A stretch of DNA of 64,000 bases from contig OZ245033.1 in the NCBI GenBank assembly GCA_965224025.1, positions 3,904,001 through 3,968,000 on the forward strand, in the 5' to 3' direction. The notes beneath the pieces are model-generated. The model worked only from the letters and a program-made list of their open reading frames with translations. It searched no databases and was not told the origin of the DNA. This document shows positions 28,060 through 37,827 of this stretch, one piece after another. Source of the stretch: Candidatus Multivorans sp. (GTDB lineage Bacteria > Acidobacteriota > Thermoanaerobaculia > Multivoradales > Multivoraceae). Both the position numbers and the translations under genes were made by a program. Numbering within the stretch: the stretch's first letter is position 1; every line of letters starts with the position of its first letter.

Positions 28060-30402
28060 CTATACGTCCGCGGTCCGGCTCAGAACCAGAGCGTGCGCGT
28101 CGTCGACACGCAGATCCCAGCCCGGCTCCACTACCGTGATGCTGTGCCGCTCCTGCACCAGGCAGGGACCGCTCCGCTCGAAACCGGGAGCGAGGTCTTC
28201 GCGGACCAACAGCTCGGCAGCCTTCCAAGGGTCGAACCAGGCCCGGCGGCGCCCGGTCCCCCGTTCCGCCGCTCGCTCCTCCCGGCCACGGTCTAGTCGC
28301 CCCGCTGCCGGAGCGGTAGAGGCCAGGACCCGAATCGACTCGACTTCGATCGGGTGCTCGGGCGGCGGATAGCCGTAGACCGCCCGGTAGCGCTCGGCAA
28401 AGAGCGACGCGATGGCCCCGGTCGAGCGCGCGTGTGCCGCGGAGGCCAACTCGACTTCCAGCGCCGTTTCCTGCCCTTGCAATCGCAGCCGGACGATCCG
28501 CCGACGCACCGCGGCGCCCTCGAGGTTCGCCCCGCGTTCGCTCACGAGCGCCGCCAAAGCCTCCTGCTCGAGCTTCTCGACCAGCGGACCGGCCGCAACG
28601 GCGTCCAGAGGCGCCAGCACCTGCCGGTGTGCGAAACGCTCCAGGACCGCGTGCCCCAAACCGACCGCACTCAGCAGGGACGTATCGACCGGCACGATCA
28701 CCGTGCGCATTCCCAGCTCCGACGCGATCGCGCAGGCGTGCTGGCCGCCGGCGCCGCCGAAACTGACCAGGGCGTAGTCCGCAGGGTCGTAGCCGCGCGA
28801 GATGGAGATGCGCCGAATCGCGTCCGCCATGCGCTCGTTGGCGACCTGCAGGAAGCCCCCCAGCAACTGTTCCTCCGAGCCCGCCAGACCGCTGAGCGCC
28901 TCCGCCGACCGGCGCTCGGCCGCGGCGGCATCGATGGGCAGGCCGAAGGCCGCCGGATCGATGCGGCCGAGCAGGAGGTTCACGTCCGTGATGGTCAGCG
29001 GTCCGCCGGCGCCGTAACAGGCCGGCCCCGGCCGCGCTCCGGCGCTCTCGGGCCCGACCTTGAGCTGGCCGTGATCGACACCGCAGATCGAGCCGCCGCC
29101 CGCGGCCACCGTCTCGATCGCCAGTGCCGGCGCCACCACGGTCGCGTCGCCGACGCGGAACTCGAAGTTGTACTCGAAGTCGCCGTCGTAGCGGGAGACA
29201 TCCGTGCTCGTGCCGCCCATGTCGAAGCCGATGATCCGCTCCATGCCGCTCGCGCGGCCCGCCGCCGCCGCTCCCACCACGCCGCCGGCCGGACCCGAGA
29301 GCAGGCTGTCCTTGGGCCGGTAACTGGCGAAGCTCGCCAGACCGCCGGCACTGGTCATCACCCGCGGGGCAACACCCCTGGCGCCGACCTTCGAGCCGCC
29401 CGAGAGCGCGGCGCCCGTGGTTTCGAGGTACTCGCCGACGGCGCGCCCGAGATAGGCGTCGACGACCGCGGTGTGCGCCCGCGGCACGATCTTGATCAGG
29501 GGCGCCAGTTCCGCGGAGCACGAGACGGTCTCGAAACCGGCACACCTAAGGATTCGCTCGGTGCGCCGTTCGTGGACCGGGTTCCGGTAGCTGTGCATCA
29601 GAGCCACGGCCGCGGCCCGAAAGCCCTCGCCGACCAGCGCCCGCGCGGCCGTCCGCAACCCATCCTCGTCGAGCGGCAACAGCTCGCGTCCCTCCGCGTC
29701 GAGGCGGCCGCCGACCTCGACCGCGCGTTCGTACAGGGGCGCGGGACGCTCGATGTTGAGCGCGAAGATGTCCGGCCGCGCCTGGTCTCCGATCAGGAGC
29801 AGATCGGCGAAGCCCTCGGTGACGAACAGCACCGTCCGCGAGCCGGCCCTCTCAAGCAGGGCGTTCGTTCCCCGAGTCGTCGCGAGCCGGAGGTCGCAAG
29901 CCGGCAACGGCTCGCCCAACGCCGTTCCGGTGGCGATGCGCGCCGCGAGGATGGGCGCGTTCTCGGGCGAGACGAGCTCCACGACCAGCTCGGGGCCGAA
30001 ACCGCTCCCGTTCCATCCGAGCGCTCGATGAGGAGCGCTCGGACAGGTTCGCGGGTGGCGCGGATTCGCGCCACCCGGGTTCCCGCTGCCTTCACTCTCC
30101 ACCAACCGGCAGGAACCGTCGGCCGCCCACTCCTCGACCTGCACCGGAGCGCCGCCGGCAAGCGGTATCAGCCCGTAGCCCTCGAAGAAGCCGCCGGGCA
30201 CATCGAACGGTGTCTCCAGCCGCAGGTCGTCCACGCCGTTGGACACGACCCTCGCCCGCACCGCTCCGGAACTCAGGACCTTGACGCGCTGAACGGACCC
30301 GCCCGGGTCGATCGCTATGCAGTCGGTGAACGTACCGCCGGTATCGATCCAGAGCTGCCACAGGGATGAGGAGGAGCAGCGCTCCCCCGCAGAAGTCATC
30401 AT
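28060..30402 (-). CDS. Hydantoinase A / 5-oxoprolinase N-terminal (ATP-binding) subunit
   Basis: IDTGGTFTD, ATTRGTNALLE, SGPAGGV, DMGGTSTDV, TVAAGGGS and FGGAGGQHA motifs. Confidence 0.92.
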   Translation of the reverse strand: MMTSAGERCSSSSLWQLWIDTGGTFTDCIAIDPGGSVQRVKVLSSGAVRARVVSNGVDDLRLETPFDVPGGFFEGYGLIPLAGGAPVQVEEWAADGSCRLVESEGSGNPGGANPRHPRTCPSAPHRALGWNGSGFGPELVVELVSPENAPILAARIATGTALGEPLPACDLRLATTRGTNALLERAGSRTVLFVTEGFADLLLIGDQARPDIFALNIERPAPLYERAVEVGGRLDAEGRELLPLDEDGLRTAARALVGEGFRAAAVALMHSYRNPVHERRTERILRCAGFETVSCSAELAPLIKIVPRAHTAVVDAYLGRAVGEYLETTGAALSGGSKVGARGVAPRVMTSAGGLASFASYRPKDSLLSGPAGGVVGAAAAGRASGMERIIGFDMGGTSTDVSRYDGDFEYNFEFRVGDATVVAPALAIETVAAGGGSICGVDHGQLKVGPESAGARPGPACYGAGGPLTITDVNLLLGRIDPAAFGLPIDAAAAERRSAEALSGLAGSEEQLLGGFLQVANERMADAIRRISISRGYDPADYALVSFGGAGGQHACAIASELGMRTVIVPVDTSLLSAVGLGHAVLERFAHRQVLAPLDAVAAGPLVEKLEQEALAALVSERGANLEGAAVRRRIVRLRLQGQETALEVELASAAHARSTGAIASLFAERYRAVYGYPPPEHPIEVESIRVLASTAPAAGRLDRGREERAAERGTGRRRAWFDPWKAAELLVREDLAPGFERSGPCLVQERHSITVVEPGWDLRVDDAHALVLSRTADV
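30010..30084. repeat. Double-hairpin dispersed repeat, copy C, in frame inside the hydantoinase/oxoprolinase CDS
   Basis: GTTCC-aTCCGAGCGCTC gatgag GAGCGCTCGGA-caggttcg-CGGGTGGCGCG gatt CGCGCCACCCG-gGTTCC; encodes GNPGGANPRHPRTCPSAPHRALGWN. Confidence 0.85.
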
Positions 30403-30462
30403 GACCGAACTCCACTCGGGCGGGGCACGTCGGAATCCGGTGGCAAACGGCCCGGCAGCCGC

Positions 30463-31638
30463 TCAGGCACCCGCCAGCAGGCGGACCAGGCGATCGATCC
30501 GCTGGCCGCCGTCCGGCTGCAAGCGCTGCGCGCGGCGAAGGAGCTTCTCGGCCGCCCGCCGCTCGCCCCGCCGCAGCAGCACCTCGCCGAGGGCGGCCGC
30601 CGGCGCCGCCTCGTCGGGCCCGAGCCGCCGGGCCCTGTTGTAGAAGCGCTCCGCCTCGTCCAGCCGACCGTAACGCAGACTCAGGTCGCCCAGGGCGATG
30701 TACGTGAACGGGTTGCGGTTGCGTGTCGTCGCCGTCAACCGGAGCAACTCCTCGGCCTCGGCGGTGCGCCCGTTCATCCGCAACAGGACCGCGAGGTTGG
30801 CGAGCGCCGAACTGGCGCCCGGGTCGATCTCGAGCGCCCGCCGGTAGCTCCCCTCGGCCGCGTCGCCGCGGCCGCTCCGCCGCTGGGCCACGCCCAGGTT
30901 GACCCAGGCCGAGGCGAGTTCGGGATCGATCCGCACCGCGTCCTCGAGCCAGGCCACGGCTTCGTCGAGCCGCTCCGCACGGAGCGCCTCGGCGCCACGG
31001 TTCGAGTAGAAGAGCGCGGTGGCCGTCAGGTCACTGATCGGATTCACCCGCCAACCTTCCTCTTCCTGACGGCGCCCGAAGTCGATCACTCTCATCGTGT
31101 GCCGCGGTCCCAATCCCACGGCGACATGGTCCGATATGACGATCAGGTCCCCGGAGCGCTCGAAGCTCTCGACGTGCGCCACTTCGACGAAGTACGCCGC
31201 CAGATCCAGTTCGCGCGCGAGCCCCACGAACATCTGGGTGAAGGCCAGGCAGTTGGCTGTCCGGTTCTCGAACACCTCCACCGCAGAGCCCGTGCGTCCG
31301 GCCTCGTACTCCACGCCGAGCAGGGAGGTGTCCATCACCAGTTCGATCAGGCGGTCGAGGCGCGCCTCTCTCAGCGTCTCGGCGACCGAGCCGCGAGCCC
31401 ACGCCGCCATCTCCTCGTTCAGCGCGAACGGCACCACGACACGGCTGACGCCACGCCGCTCCAATTCGCGCCGAAGCGCGCCTTCGCCGGTTTCCCGCAC
31501 ACCGGTCGAGGCGCAGCCCAGAGCCAACGCAGCGAGGGCCGCCGCCATAGCCGGACGATTCAGCCGGCGGCGCCCGACCCGCGGTTCGATGTCCCCCGTC
31601 GTCACAGCGGCGATACCCTCCATCGGCGCCCCTTCCAT
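30463..31638 (-). CDS. TPR-repeat lipoprotein with transglutaminase-like N-terminal domain
   Basis: ALGC lipobox; RTANCLAF...DHV; several TPRs (AWVNLGVA...AEGSYRRALEIDP). Confidence 0.8.
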   Translation of the reverse strand: MEGAPMEGIAAVTTGDIEPRVGRRRLNRPAMAAALAALALGCASTGVRETGEGALRRELERRGVSRVVVPFALNEEMAAWARGSVAETLREARLDRLIELVMDTSLLGVEYEAGRTGSAVEVFENRTANCLAFTQMFVGLARELDLAAYFVEVAHVESFERSGDLIVISDHVAVGLGPRHTMRVIDFGRRQEEEGWRVNPISDLTATALFYSNRGAEALRAERLDEAVAWLEDAVRIDPELASAWVNLGVAQRRSGRGDAAEGSYRRALEIDPGASSALANLAVLLRMNGRTAEAEELLRLTATTRNRNPFTYIALGDLSLRYGRLDEAERFYNRARRLGPDEAAPAAALGEVLLRRGERRAAEKLLRRAQRLQPDGGQRIDRLVRLLAGA

Positions 31639-31749
31639 CTTAGCGCCCTAAAGGCCTCAACTCACCCGATCGCCGGATGATTCCCGGAGGACCGAACGGC
31701 GGCCGGCGTCTTACCGAAGCGCCGGCTATGGATGGACGCCTGCCGCGAT

Positions 31750-32325
31750 TCAGGAGTCGGCGTGTCGCGCCTTGAACGCCCGCCGCCGCAGGAGCCGGGC
31801 GCTGACCATGGCCACCAGCAGCAGCACGGCGGCCAGAGCGAGCACGGGCATCGTGATCGCCACGAATGACAGTCCTGCCGCCGCCCCAGCCTCTCCGGTC
31901 GACACCACCGGATTGCCGATCCCGGCCGTCATCATGGTCGAGGCGCCCCGCAGCAGCGTTGTCCCCGTCTGGACCACCGCCGCCGCCGCGCCGCCCGCCA
32001 CGGCTGCCAAGGCCCAGCCGACGAGCGGCGTCGCGGTCTCGATGTTCGCCGCCGCCACGACAATGCCGGCGGTGACCGCGGCCGGCATCGCCGCTACGTC
32101 GAGGATGTTGTCGAGCCAGGGGATGTAGTAGGCGCCGACTTCACAGACCGCCGCGACGCCGAGGGCAAGCAGGGCCGGAGTCCCCGCCATCCATTCGAAT
32201 CCCTCGGACAGATCGAGCGCGCCGGCCCGCGCCGCCACGCCCATGGCCAGGACGGGCAGAAAGACCCGGAAGCCGCATGCCGCGGCCAGACCGACTCCGA
32301 GACCGACACTGAGCAATATCTCCAC
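31750..32325 (-). CDS. DUF4126 family membrane protein
   Basis: GLAAACGFRVFLP, EVGAYYIPWLDNILD and GIGNPVVSTGE motifs. Confidence 0.85.
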   Translation of the reverse strand: MEILLSVGLGVGLAAACGFRVFLPVLAMGVAARAGALDLSEGFEWMAGTPALLALGVAAVCEVGAYYIPWLDNILDVAAMPAAVTAGIVVAAANIETATPLVGWALAAVAGGAAAAVVQTGTTLLRGASTMMTAGIGNPVVSTGEAGAAAGLSFVAITMPVLALAAVLLLVAMVSARLLRRRAFKARHADS

Positions 32326-32360
32326 TTGCTATCTCTCCTTTCCCTGCCGCCTGTTCCAGA

Positions 32361-34070
32361 CTACGTCGCTCGCCGACGCCGGGTTTCGAGGAGCCATCGC
32401 CAGAGTGCCTGCCACTCTGCCACCTTGAGCACATGAGCGGCCATCAGGTACGTGGCGGCGAAGCCGGCGACGGGCACTGCGCCCGCGATCCACGGCGGCC
32501 CTGGAACCAGGCTCTGCGTCGCGAGCCAGGGAGCCACGCACACCGCCGCCAGCGGCAGATGACGGCGCCACGCCCGCCACGGCGCCCTCACCGGAACCTC
32601 CCGCTCACGCAGCCGGCGAAGCAGCAGCGCCAACTCGAACCAGCTACCGAACGCCGACGCCAGAGCCAACCCGACGGCGCCAAGCCGCAACGTCTGCCCG
32701 GCTTCCGCAACAGCGGCGCCCAGCCAGCCGGGGAGCGCCACGCCGGCCAACGGGATCCGGTCGAGCCACGTCATCAGCACGGCGCCGAGCCCGGCCGCGA
32801 CGATCAGCCGCATGGCCACGATCCGGGCGGGGCTACGAGTATCCCCGAACGAGAAGAACACGCTTTGGAGCAGCCGCGAGGCACTGGACGCAAGCAGGCC
32901 CAGGGAATAGGCGGCCAGTACCAGGAACACGAGCAGGTTGTCCGCCATGCCGAACTCGCCGCGGCGATAGACGGCGCCGACGATTCCTGCGCCCAGCGCA
33001 AGGTAGCCCACTGCAGTGGGAACAATCAAGAAGGACATCGCCGCGAGAGAACCTTGCGCGCGCGTCGCGGCCCTTCTTGACCGCTCCTCCCCATCGCCCC
33101 GGAGCCGCGCCAGTTCCGGCAATTCCGCAGCGGCCACGGACACGCCGAAGAGGCCGATCGGAAGAAGGTACAGCCGCTGACCCATAGCCAGGGCGCCCAA
33201 TGCCCCCTGGGCGAGGAACGAAGCCAGGAAGAGATCGACGTACCCGCCCAACTGGCCCGCGCCACGCCCCGCGATCGCCGGCGCCAGACTACGCAGGGTC
33301 TTGCGCACACCCGGCGCCCGCAAGTTGAACGATGGACGCAGTCCAACCGTGATCCGCAGCACCGAAGGCAACTGCACCGCGAACTGGAGCAGCCCGCCGA
33401 GGAGGCCGCCCCAGCAGACTGCTAGCGCCAGCGCCTCGACCCGCTCGGCTTCGCCCTCGAAAGCCCGCGCGGCGACAAACCAGACGACACCGATCACGCT
33501 GGCGTTCCAGAAACACGGCGCAACGTACGGAAGCAGGAAGCGGCGGTGGCTGTTCAGGATTCCAAGACACCAGGCTGACAGCGTGATCGACGCCACCATC
33601 GGAAAACAGATGCGCACCGCCGTCGTGGTCAGATCCAGGCGGTCGACGACTGCGCCTCCGGCCGCCACCAACTCGGCGTCGGCGGAGAACCCGGGGAACA
33701 GCAACCTCACGAGCCAGGGCGCCAGGATGACGCCGAGCAGACTGAGCGCTCCCATCACGGCGAACAGCAGGCCGAACATCGCCCCGGCCAGGGCGCCGGC
33801 CTCCGGCCGCTTCCCCTCGGCGACCATTCGGCTGTAAACCGGAATGAAGGAGGCCGACAGCGCCTGGTCCCCAAGCAGGTTCTGCAGCACGTTGGGCGCC
33901 CGGAAAGCCGCCGACACGACATCCGTCAGGGCGCTGACACCTGCGAGACTCGCGACCACGGCCTCCCGAACCAGGCCGAGAACGCGGCTCGCCGACATGC
34001 CGGCCGCAACCCTGGCCGCGCCGCCCGAAGGGCGCGGGCTACCTCTGCCGACGGATCCCGCCTGCGTCAA
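32361..34070 (-). CDS. murJ: Lipid II flippase MurJ
   Basis: SRVLGLVRE, AFRAPNVLQNLLGDQALSASFIPVY and RLYLLPIGLFG motifs; many TM segments. Confidence 0.92.
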   Translation of the reverse strand: MTQAGSVGRGSPRPSGGAARVAAGMSASRVLGLVREAVVASLAGVSALTDVVSAAFRAPNVLQNLLGDQALSASFIPVYSRMVAEGKRPEAGALAGAMFGLLFAVMGALSLLGVILAPWLVRLLFPGFSADAELVAAGGAVVDRLDLTTTAVRICFPMVASITLSAWCLGILNSHRRFLLPYVAPCFWNASVIGVVWFVAARAFEGEAERVEALALAVCWGGLLGGLLQFAVQLPSVLRITVGLRPSFNLRAPGVRKTLRSLAPAIAGRGAGQLGGYVDLFLASFLAQGALGALAMGQRLYLLPIGLFGVSVAAAELPELARLRGDGEERSRRAATRAQGSLAAMSFLIVPTAVGYLALGAGIVGAVYRRGEFGMADNLLVFLVLAAYSLGLLASSASRLLQSVFFSFGDTRSPARIVAMRLIVAAGLGAVLMTWLDRIPLAGVALPGWLGAAVAEAGQTLRLGAVGLALASAFGSWFELALLLRRLREREVPVRAPWRAWRRHLPLAAVCVAPWLATQSLVPGPPWIAGAVPVAGFAATYLMAAHVLKVAEWQALWRWLLETRRRRAT

Positions 34071-35551
34071 TCCGACAGGTTGACGACGACCCGGTCGCCC
34101 CGCCGCTCGACCGTCGCCGCGATGTCGGAAGCGGTGAGATCGAGCACGACGTGCAGGTTGCGAGTCGCTCCCCGGCCATGAACGCCGGTGCGTACTCCGC
34201 GCAGTCTGGGTCCGTTGACCGCGCTCGCGTCGTAGGCCTGGCGCACGCCGATCAGCCGTAAGACCAACCGCGGCGGCGCTTGGAGCGGAATGATGTGGTG
34301 TCGCTGGAAGGGTGCGTTGCCGATGATCTCGATCACCGTCCGGTCACCCGCCGGCGACGCGGTGATCGAACGCAGAGCGGTCGCATTGGCAGGCGCCGCC
34401 GCCGGAGCGGTTGACGGTCGGGGCGACGGCGGCGGTACGGCAGCAGGCTCATCGGCGGGCGCCGTCCTCGTCTCGACCGCGGCAGCAGGAGGCGCCGGCG
34501 TGGACCGCTCGGCCGCGACAGACTCGGCAGCTTCGGTCGCCGCAACCCCGGTCGGTTCGGCCGCCCCGTCGTCGGCAGCCGATTCCGCGTCTTCCGCCTG
34601 TTCCTCCAGGGGTACGAACAGCCGGCTCGTCGTGGACGACTCCTCGGCGCCCTCCGGCGGGACGTCAGCTCCCGCGCGAGTCGTCGAAATCTCGAAGCTC
34701 GGAGCGTCGGCCGGCGCACCCTCTTCGGTGGGAGCGCCACCGACTCCGACCAGCCGCAGCAGTGGTCCGCGCAAGACAATCAGGGCGACCACCAGGACCA
34801 CGGCCCCGGCGACCGCGGGCCACAGCCAGGGGCGAGACCTCGACTCCGGTTTCATCCAGTCGTCGTCGCCGTCTTTCTCCAGTTCACCGAACAGATCCAC
34901 GTGCGTGGCCTCGGTCTCGTCGGCGCCGGCCGGGCCTTCCACTGCCGGGGGCGGATCGATGGACGCCAAATCGTCAGCAGGCGGTTCCGGCGGCGATTCG
35001 GCGGGCGCCTCCGGCGGGGCCGCTTCCGCCTCGACGATCTCCACAGGTTCGACCGCGTCAGCCGCTTCCACCTCGACCTCAGTCTCGGCCGCTTCCGTCG
35101 CCGCTTCGTCTTCGGCGTCCTGGGCCTCGACGTCCTCGACTTCGGCCTCCTCGACTTCGGGTACGGGCGCCGGCGAAATCACATCGCCCTCCGCCCGCCG
35201 CTCCGAGAACAGCAGCGCCAGACGCTCATCTCCCCCTGGTTCGACGCGGCTGAACTGCATCCCCATCCCGGCCGGTTGATCGGCGCCGCCGGCCTCGGCG
35301 CGTACCCAAACCACGGTCGCCTCGCCCTCGACGTCGGCGGGCTCATCGTCCGACCCGAGCTGCAGCACGAAGTGCACCGCGGCGCCGACCGGCATCGGCG
35401 CCGGCGTCGACACGAACATGCCGCCGGTCGCGATGTCGCGCGTCACGGCGGAGAGTTCGCCGTCCTCACCGGGCCCCGAGAGACGAACGGCGACCTCACG
35501 CAACAGGCGGCGCGACTCGCGAAAGCGGAAACTCTGGCTGGCCGGGGACAT
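34067..35551 (-). CDS. PilZ-domain (TIGR02266-like) membrane protein with acidic linker and C-terminal AMIN-like domain
   Basis: RESRR and DIATGGMFV...VVWVR...GMGMQF; single TM; LQAPPRLVLRL...LHVVLDL. Confidence 0.75.
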   Translation of the reverse strand: MSPASQSFRFRESRRLLREVAVRLSGPGEDGELSAVTRDIATGGMFVSTPAPMPVGAAVHFVLQLGSDDEPADVEGEATVVWVRAEAGGADQPAGMGMQFSRVEPGGDERLALLFSERRAEGDVISPAPVPEVEEAEVEDVEAQDAEDEAATEAAETEVEVEAADAVEPVEIVEAEAAPPEAPAESPPEPPADDLASIDPPPAVEGPAGADETEATHVDLFGELEKDGDDDWMKPESRSRPWLWPAVAGAVVLVVALIVLRGPLLRLVGVGGAPTEEGAPADAPSFEISTTRAGADVPPEGAEESSTTSRLFVPLEEQAEDAESAADDGAAEPTGVAATEAAESVAAERSTPAPPAAAVETRTAPADEPAAVPPPSPRPSTAPAAAPANATALRSITASPAGDRTVIEIIGNAPFQRHHIIPLQAPPRLVLRLIGVRQAYDASAVNGPRLRGVRTGVHGRGATRNLHVVLDLTASDIAATVERRGDRVVVNLSD

Positions 35552-35596
35552 GGCGCAAGGACCCTCACGGGGCAATGAGACGCCGATACTACCCGC

Positions 35597-36949
35597 TCAG
35601 GAAGTTGAAGCCCCCTTGCGCGCCACGAGCAGGGCCATCTCGAGGGCCTGCTCGTAGTTCAGCCTTGGGTCGACCTGCGACCGGTAGGCCCGCCGCAGAC
35701 CCCGCTCGTCGAGACCCCGCGCGCCGCCGACGCACTCCGTCACGTCCTCACCGGTGAGCTCGAAGTGCACGCCGCCAAGGATCGTGCCGTTCGCGGCATG
35801 GAGGTCGAAGGCCTGCTCCAGCTCCGACAGGATGGCGCTGAAGGCCCTGGTCTTCATCCCCTCCCGCGTGCCCTTCGTGTTGCCGTGCATCGGATCGCAG
35901 ATCCAGAGCACCGGCTTGCCGGTAGCGCAAACGGCCCGCAGGATCGGAGGCAACTCCCCGGCTATCTTCTCCGCGCCGCATCGGTGGATGAGAGCCAGCC
36001 GGCCCTCCTCGGCATCGGGGTTCAGCACGTCGACCAGATGGGCGACGTCGGCCGGGCCTATTCCCGTTCCCACCTTGACGCCGAGGGGGTTGCGAATTCC
36101 CCGCGCGTACTCGATATGGGCCGAGCCCAGGAAGGCCGTGCGCAGGCCGATCCAGGGCAGGTGGGTCGAGAGGTTGTACCAGCCCTCCCGCCGCGGAACG
36201 GTCCGGGTCTGCGCCTGCTCGTAGACCAGGTGCAGCGCTTCGTGGCTGGTGTAGAAGTCGACACGATCGATGTGCCCCACATCGACGCCGGCAAGCGTCT
36301 CCATGAACTTGAGCGAATCGGCGATGGACTCGACCCGGCGCTGGTACTCGGCGGCGTTCTGGGAGTGGTCGACGAAGTCCAGATTCCAGTACTCGGGATG
36401 GTGGAGATCGGCGAAACCGCCGTCGATCAGTCCGCGGATGAAGTTCAGGGTCAGAGCGGATCGCTGGTAGCCGCGAAGGAGGTTCAACGGGTCGGGCGCC
36501 CTCGCCTCGGCGGTGAAGTCGAGCGAGTTCACCAGGTCACCACGGTAGGAGGGCAGGGTCTCGCCGTTCCGCGTCTCCGTGTCGGCCGAGCGCGGCTTGG
36601 CGTACTGACCGGCAAACCGGCCTATGCGCGTTACCCGCTTCTTCAAACTGTGAGTCAGCACCAGGCTCATCTGGAGAAGAATCTTCAGCTTCGAGGTGAT
36701 CGAGTCCGACGTGCACTCGGCGAAGCTCTCGGCGCAGTCGCCGCCCTGCAGGACGAAGCGCTCGCCGCGCGCCGCGGAGGCCAACTGCCCCCTCAGGGTC
36801 TCGACTTCCCAGGAAGTCACCAGCGGCGGCAGCGCCGCGAGTCGGTCAGCGACCGCCTGAACCGCCTCCGGATCGCCGTATGTCGGCTGCTGGCGCACGT
36901 CGGCACTCCGCCAGGAAGTCGGGCTCCAGTTGTCCATCGGGTCTCTCAC
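35597..36949 (-). CDS. Class II DAHP synthase
   Basis: LQGGDCAESF, GRFAGQYAKPRS, YTSHEAL, CDPMHGNT, GGVHFELTG and DPRLN motifs. Confidence 0.95.
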   Translation of the reverse strand: MRDPMDNWSPTSWRSADVRQQPTYGDPEAVQAVADRLAALPPLVTSWEVETLRGQLASAARGERFVLQGGDCAESFAECTSDSITSKLKILLQMSLVLTHSLKKRVTRIGRFAGQYAKPRSADTETRNGETLPSYRGDLVNSLDFTAEARAPDPLNLLRGYQRSALTLNFIRGLIDGGFADLHHPEYWNLDFVDHSQNAAEYQRRVESIADSLKFMETLAGVDVGHIDRVDFYTSHEALHLVYEQAQTRTVPRREGWYNLSTHLPWIGLRTAFLGSAHIEYARGIRNPLGVKVGTGIGPADVAHLVDVLNPDAEEGRLALIHRCGAEKIAGELPPILRAVCATGKPVLWICDPMHGNTKGTREGMKTRAFSAILSELEQAFDLHAANGTILGGVHFELTGEDVTECVGGARGLDERGLRRAYRSQVDPRLNYEQALEMALLVARKGASTS

Positions 36950-37066
36950 CGGTTGAGGGCCGCCGGTTCAAGCCGGTCGGCAGGCTGCCGCCAAAGGGCG
37001 ACGGATTCTACTCCAGGCCCCACTCTCACAGGCGGTTGACGTCGCCCGCGGGGGCGCTGTCCTCCA

Positions 37067-37816
37067 TCACTCGTCCTCGATCTGGAGGTAGCGCCGCAGC
37101 CAGCGGGTACCGAGATAGAACGGCAATGTATCCACGGCCGCCGCCGCGAACTTGAACACGTAGGCCGTACCGATGAACACCCACAACTGCGGCCAGATCG
37201 GCTCACCACCCGCAACCGGGATGGCGCCGGCAACGAAGTGGGTGATCACGATGACGGAGAACGAGTCGACGAACTGGCTGACCACCGTCGAACCGTTGTT
37301 GCGCAGCCACAGATGCCGGCCCTTCGTGAATCGCTTCCAGAAGTGAAACACGTAGACGTCGCACAACTGAGCGCTCAGGTAGGCGATCATCGACGCGGCG
37401 ATCACCCCCAGAGTCATCGTCCGGATCTCGAAGAAGATCGGCAGCCGTCCGTCGGGCCCCGGAACCGGAGAGTCGAAACCCGGCAGAGCGCCGCCCAGCC
37501 AAAGCACGACGGCGAGCCAGATGTTGACGAGAAAGCCGACCCAGACCAGGAAGTTGGCGCGCTTCCGTCCGTAGATCTCGGAGATGAAGTCGGTACAGAG
37601 GAAGGTCAACGGATAGGGCAACACGCCGATCGCCAGGGGCATCGGAATGCGCAGGCCGAAGACGGTGAAGCTCAAGTCCAGGAAACGTGTCACACCCAGG
37701 ATGTTGAGCATCGTCATCGAGCCCAGGAAGAGGCCCGCGAGGATCAGGAACACCCGTTCGCGGCGCGCGTGCAGCGCACTCGCCTCGATCGGATGGAGAG
37801 AAGGGGCTTCGCTCAT
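37067..37816 (-). CDS. yhhQ: Queuosine precursor transporter (YhhQ/DUF165)
   Basis: YPLTFLCTDFISEIYG, ASMIAYLSAQLCDV and LWLRNNGSTVVSQFVDS motifs. Confidence 0.9.
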   Translation of the reverse strand: MSEAPSLHPIEASALHARRERVFLILAGLFLGSMTMLNILGVTRFLDLSFTVFGLRIPMPLAIGVLPYPLTFLCTDFISEIYGRKRANFLVWVGFLVNIWLAVVLWLGGALPGFDSPVPGPDGRLPIFFEIRTMTLGVIAASMIAYLSAQLCDVYVFHFWKRFTKGRHLWLRNNGSTVVSQFVDSFSVIVITHFVAGAIPVAGGEPIWPQLWVFIGTAYVFKFAAAAVDTLPFYLGTRWLRRYLQIEDE

Positions 37817-37827
37817 CCGGACACTTC

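Noticed and set aside
34380-35170. Ala/Glu/Pro-rich repetitive DNA
   Set aside because: Low-complexity linker coding in the PilZ-AMIN protein, not a discrete repeat.
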